A DNA stretch of 64,000 nt from positions 8,308,001 through 8,372,000 of the forward strand of contig NC_043000.1 of assembly GCF_006345805.1 (NCBI RefSeq). The letters run 5' to 3'. The stretch's first letter is position 1; each line of letters starts with the position of its first letter. The DNA comes from Octopus sinensis (lineage: Eukaryota). This document shows positions 62,541-64,000 of the stretch, piece after piece. The translations under genes were made by a program, and so were the position numbers. The notes below the pieces were generated by a model that was not told the origin of the DNA, made no database searches, and was given only the letters and a program-made list of their open reading frames with translations.

Positions 62541-64000
62541 GTATATACACAAACACACATATATACACACACACAGACATATATGCGTATGTATATATAT
62601 ACATACATATATGTGTGTGTGTGTGTATATATATATATTTATGTATGTTTGTATATATGTATATATGTATGCATTTACATCTATGTATATGAAGGTAGGT
62701 ATGTGTGTACACACTTATATAAACACATATACATACATATATGCATATATATGCACATGTATTTATGTATATGTGCAGGAATAAGTATATATGTGTGAAT
62801 GTGTGTGTGTGTGTGTATAAATAAAAATTGGGTCTCGCCATGAAATAATTTACAGAAATATTTGTAATATATTTATATTCATAACAAAAATATTGCTTCC
62901 TAAGAAGTCTTGTTCAGTTCTACAAAACTCCAGTTTGTGCGCACATCTTGACACCCACACAGTTGTCTATAAATACTTCTAGAAAATTTTTACATGAAAT
63001 ATTTTTGAGTTAATGGAAATAGTTCATGCTGGTTATTTCGGTATTTTCAATAAATAGATTGTTTCTATGTCTGGAAATTAAACCATGTTTCAATAAAAAC
63101 TCAGCTGACATTACTTTAGGAAACAAATTGAAAGTGCGTAACAAACTAGAAAGTGACATTTGAATTTCTTCCAGACACCATTTAAGTCTTCAGTCATACT
63201 TTTTGAAAATCAAAATGTTCCTGAAATCAATCCAATATTACACTCACAAAAATAACATAAAAAGATATAATTTAATTTCGTCAGATAATATTGAAAATAA
63301 ATTATTACATATTTCATAGATTTTATTTTATTTATTTATTTGCGCATCAATCTATCATAAGAGCCGGTAACTGAAATTTGATTACCTCCCTTGGACACTA
63401 TTAATTGCGTCATTGCATTTACAAGATATTTTTCATGTTTATGTATAAATTACATGACAATAAAAAAAAAAAATTTAAACTAATGAAAACTAAAATGCGT
63501 AATAATTTTTTTTTTTTTTTTCAACTTTTAAGCTGACGAGTGTTCTTTGGAAAAATAAAAATCAAATCTGCATTTTTAGAAACTGTTTTTTAAAAGCTGT
63601 ATTGAAATTTGTGAAACCTAGTTTTTAAACATCTAGTGTTTAAAGTACTTAATGAGATCATTTTCATTACTTTGAATAACTCTGATAATTAATTAGGAAT
63701 AACTAAGTCCAAGGGTTGATTATTACAAAATATCCAAAAATATGTACACAAATATACTTCACAATAAGCTTCTTTTGCTAGCACAGCACTTTAAACCACA
63801 CACACACACACACACTCATTCTTTTCAGACATATACAATGTAGGTACAAATGTATTTGTTGCATTTATCTCACATATTTATGAGATAATTGTTGATAATT
63901 GTTGCAGCAAAATTTCGATTGCCCTGCCCTAAGCTATCTCCACCATTGGGAACATGAGCATGTCTTGACTCATCCCTGTTTGCTCTTGAAGTTTCTGGGG

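Noticed and set aside
63905-63950. Minus-strand GATAGC...GCAATC-GAAAT stem II/GAAA half of a hammerhead
   Set aside because: The 5' core reads TGGTGGA and no stem I or III is evident; too decayed to call.

Overview
AT-rich, repeat-saturated eukaryotic non-coding DNA (intron or intergenic). The SINE, MITE and microsatellite content looks like a coleoid cephalopod (Octopus-like) genome; this is inferred from repeat families I recognise, not from a search. Almost all long ORFs in the track are microsatellite artefacts. The one well-supported host-gene signal is a + strand exon at 55735-55894 (good acceptor, a 23-codon uORF, an ATG in good context, MAETAADKIQSLDIE, then GAAG|gtaagt). The rest is mobile DNA: several tRNA-derived SINE families, fragments of RTE, Dong/R4, Tx1 and CR1-like LINEs, two non-autonomous Helitrons, and piggyBac-type (TTAA), hAT and Tc1/mariner MITEs. 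The most notable pattern is about ten type-I hammerhead-ribozyme-like motifs of the Penelope-like-element (PLE) kind, read by eye. Three loci are long fold-back palindromes, and several motifs have variant cores or enlarged stem II. PLE hammerheads are a known class; the variants, fold-backs and strand bias are what merit checking.
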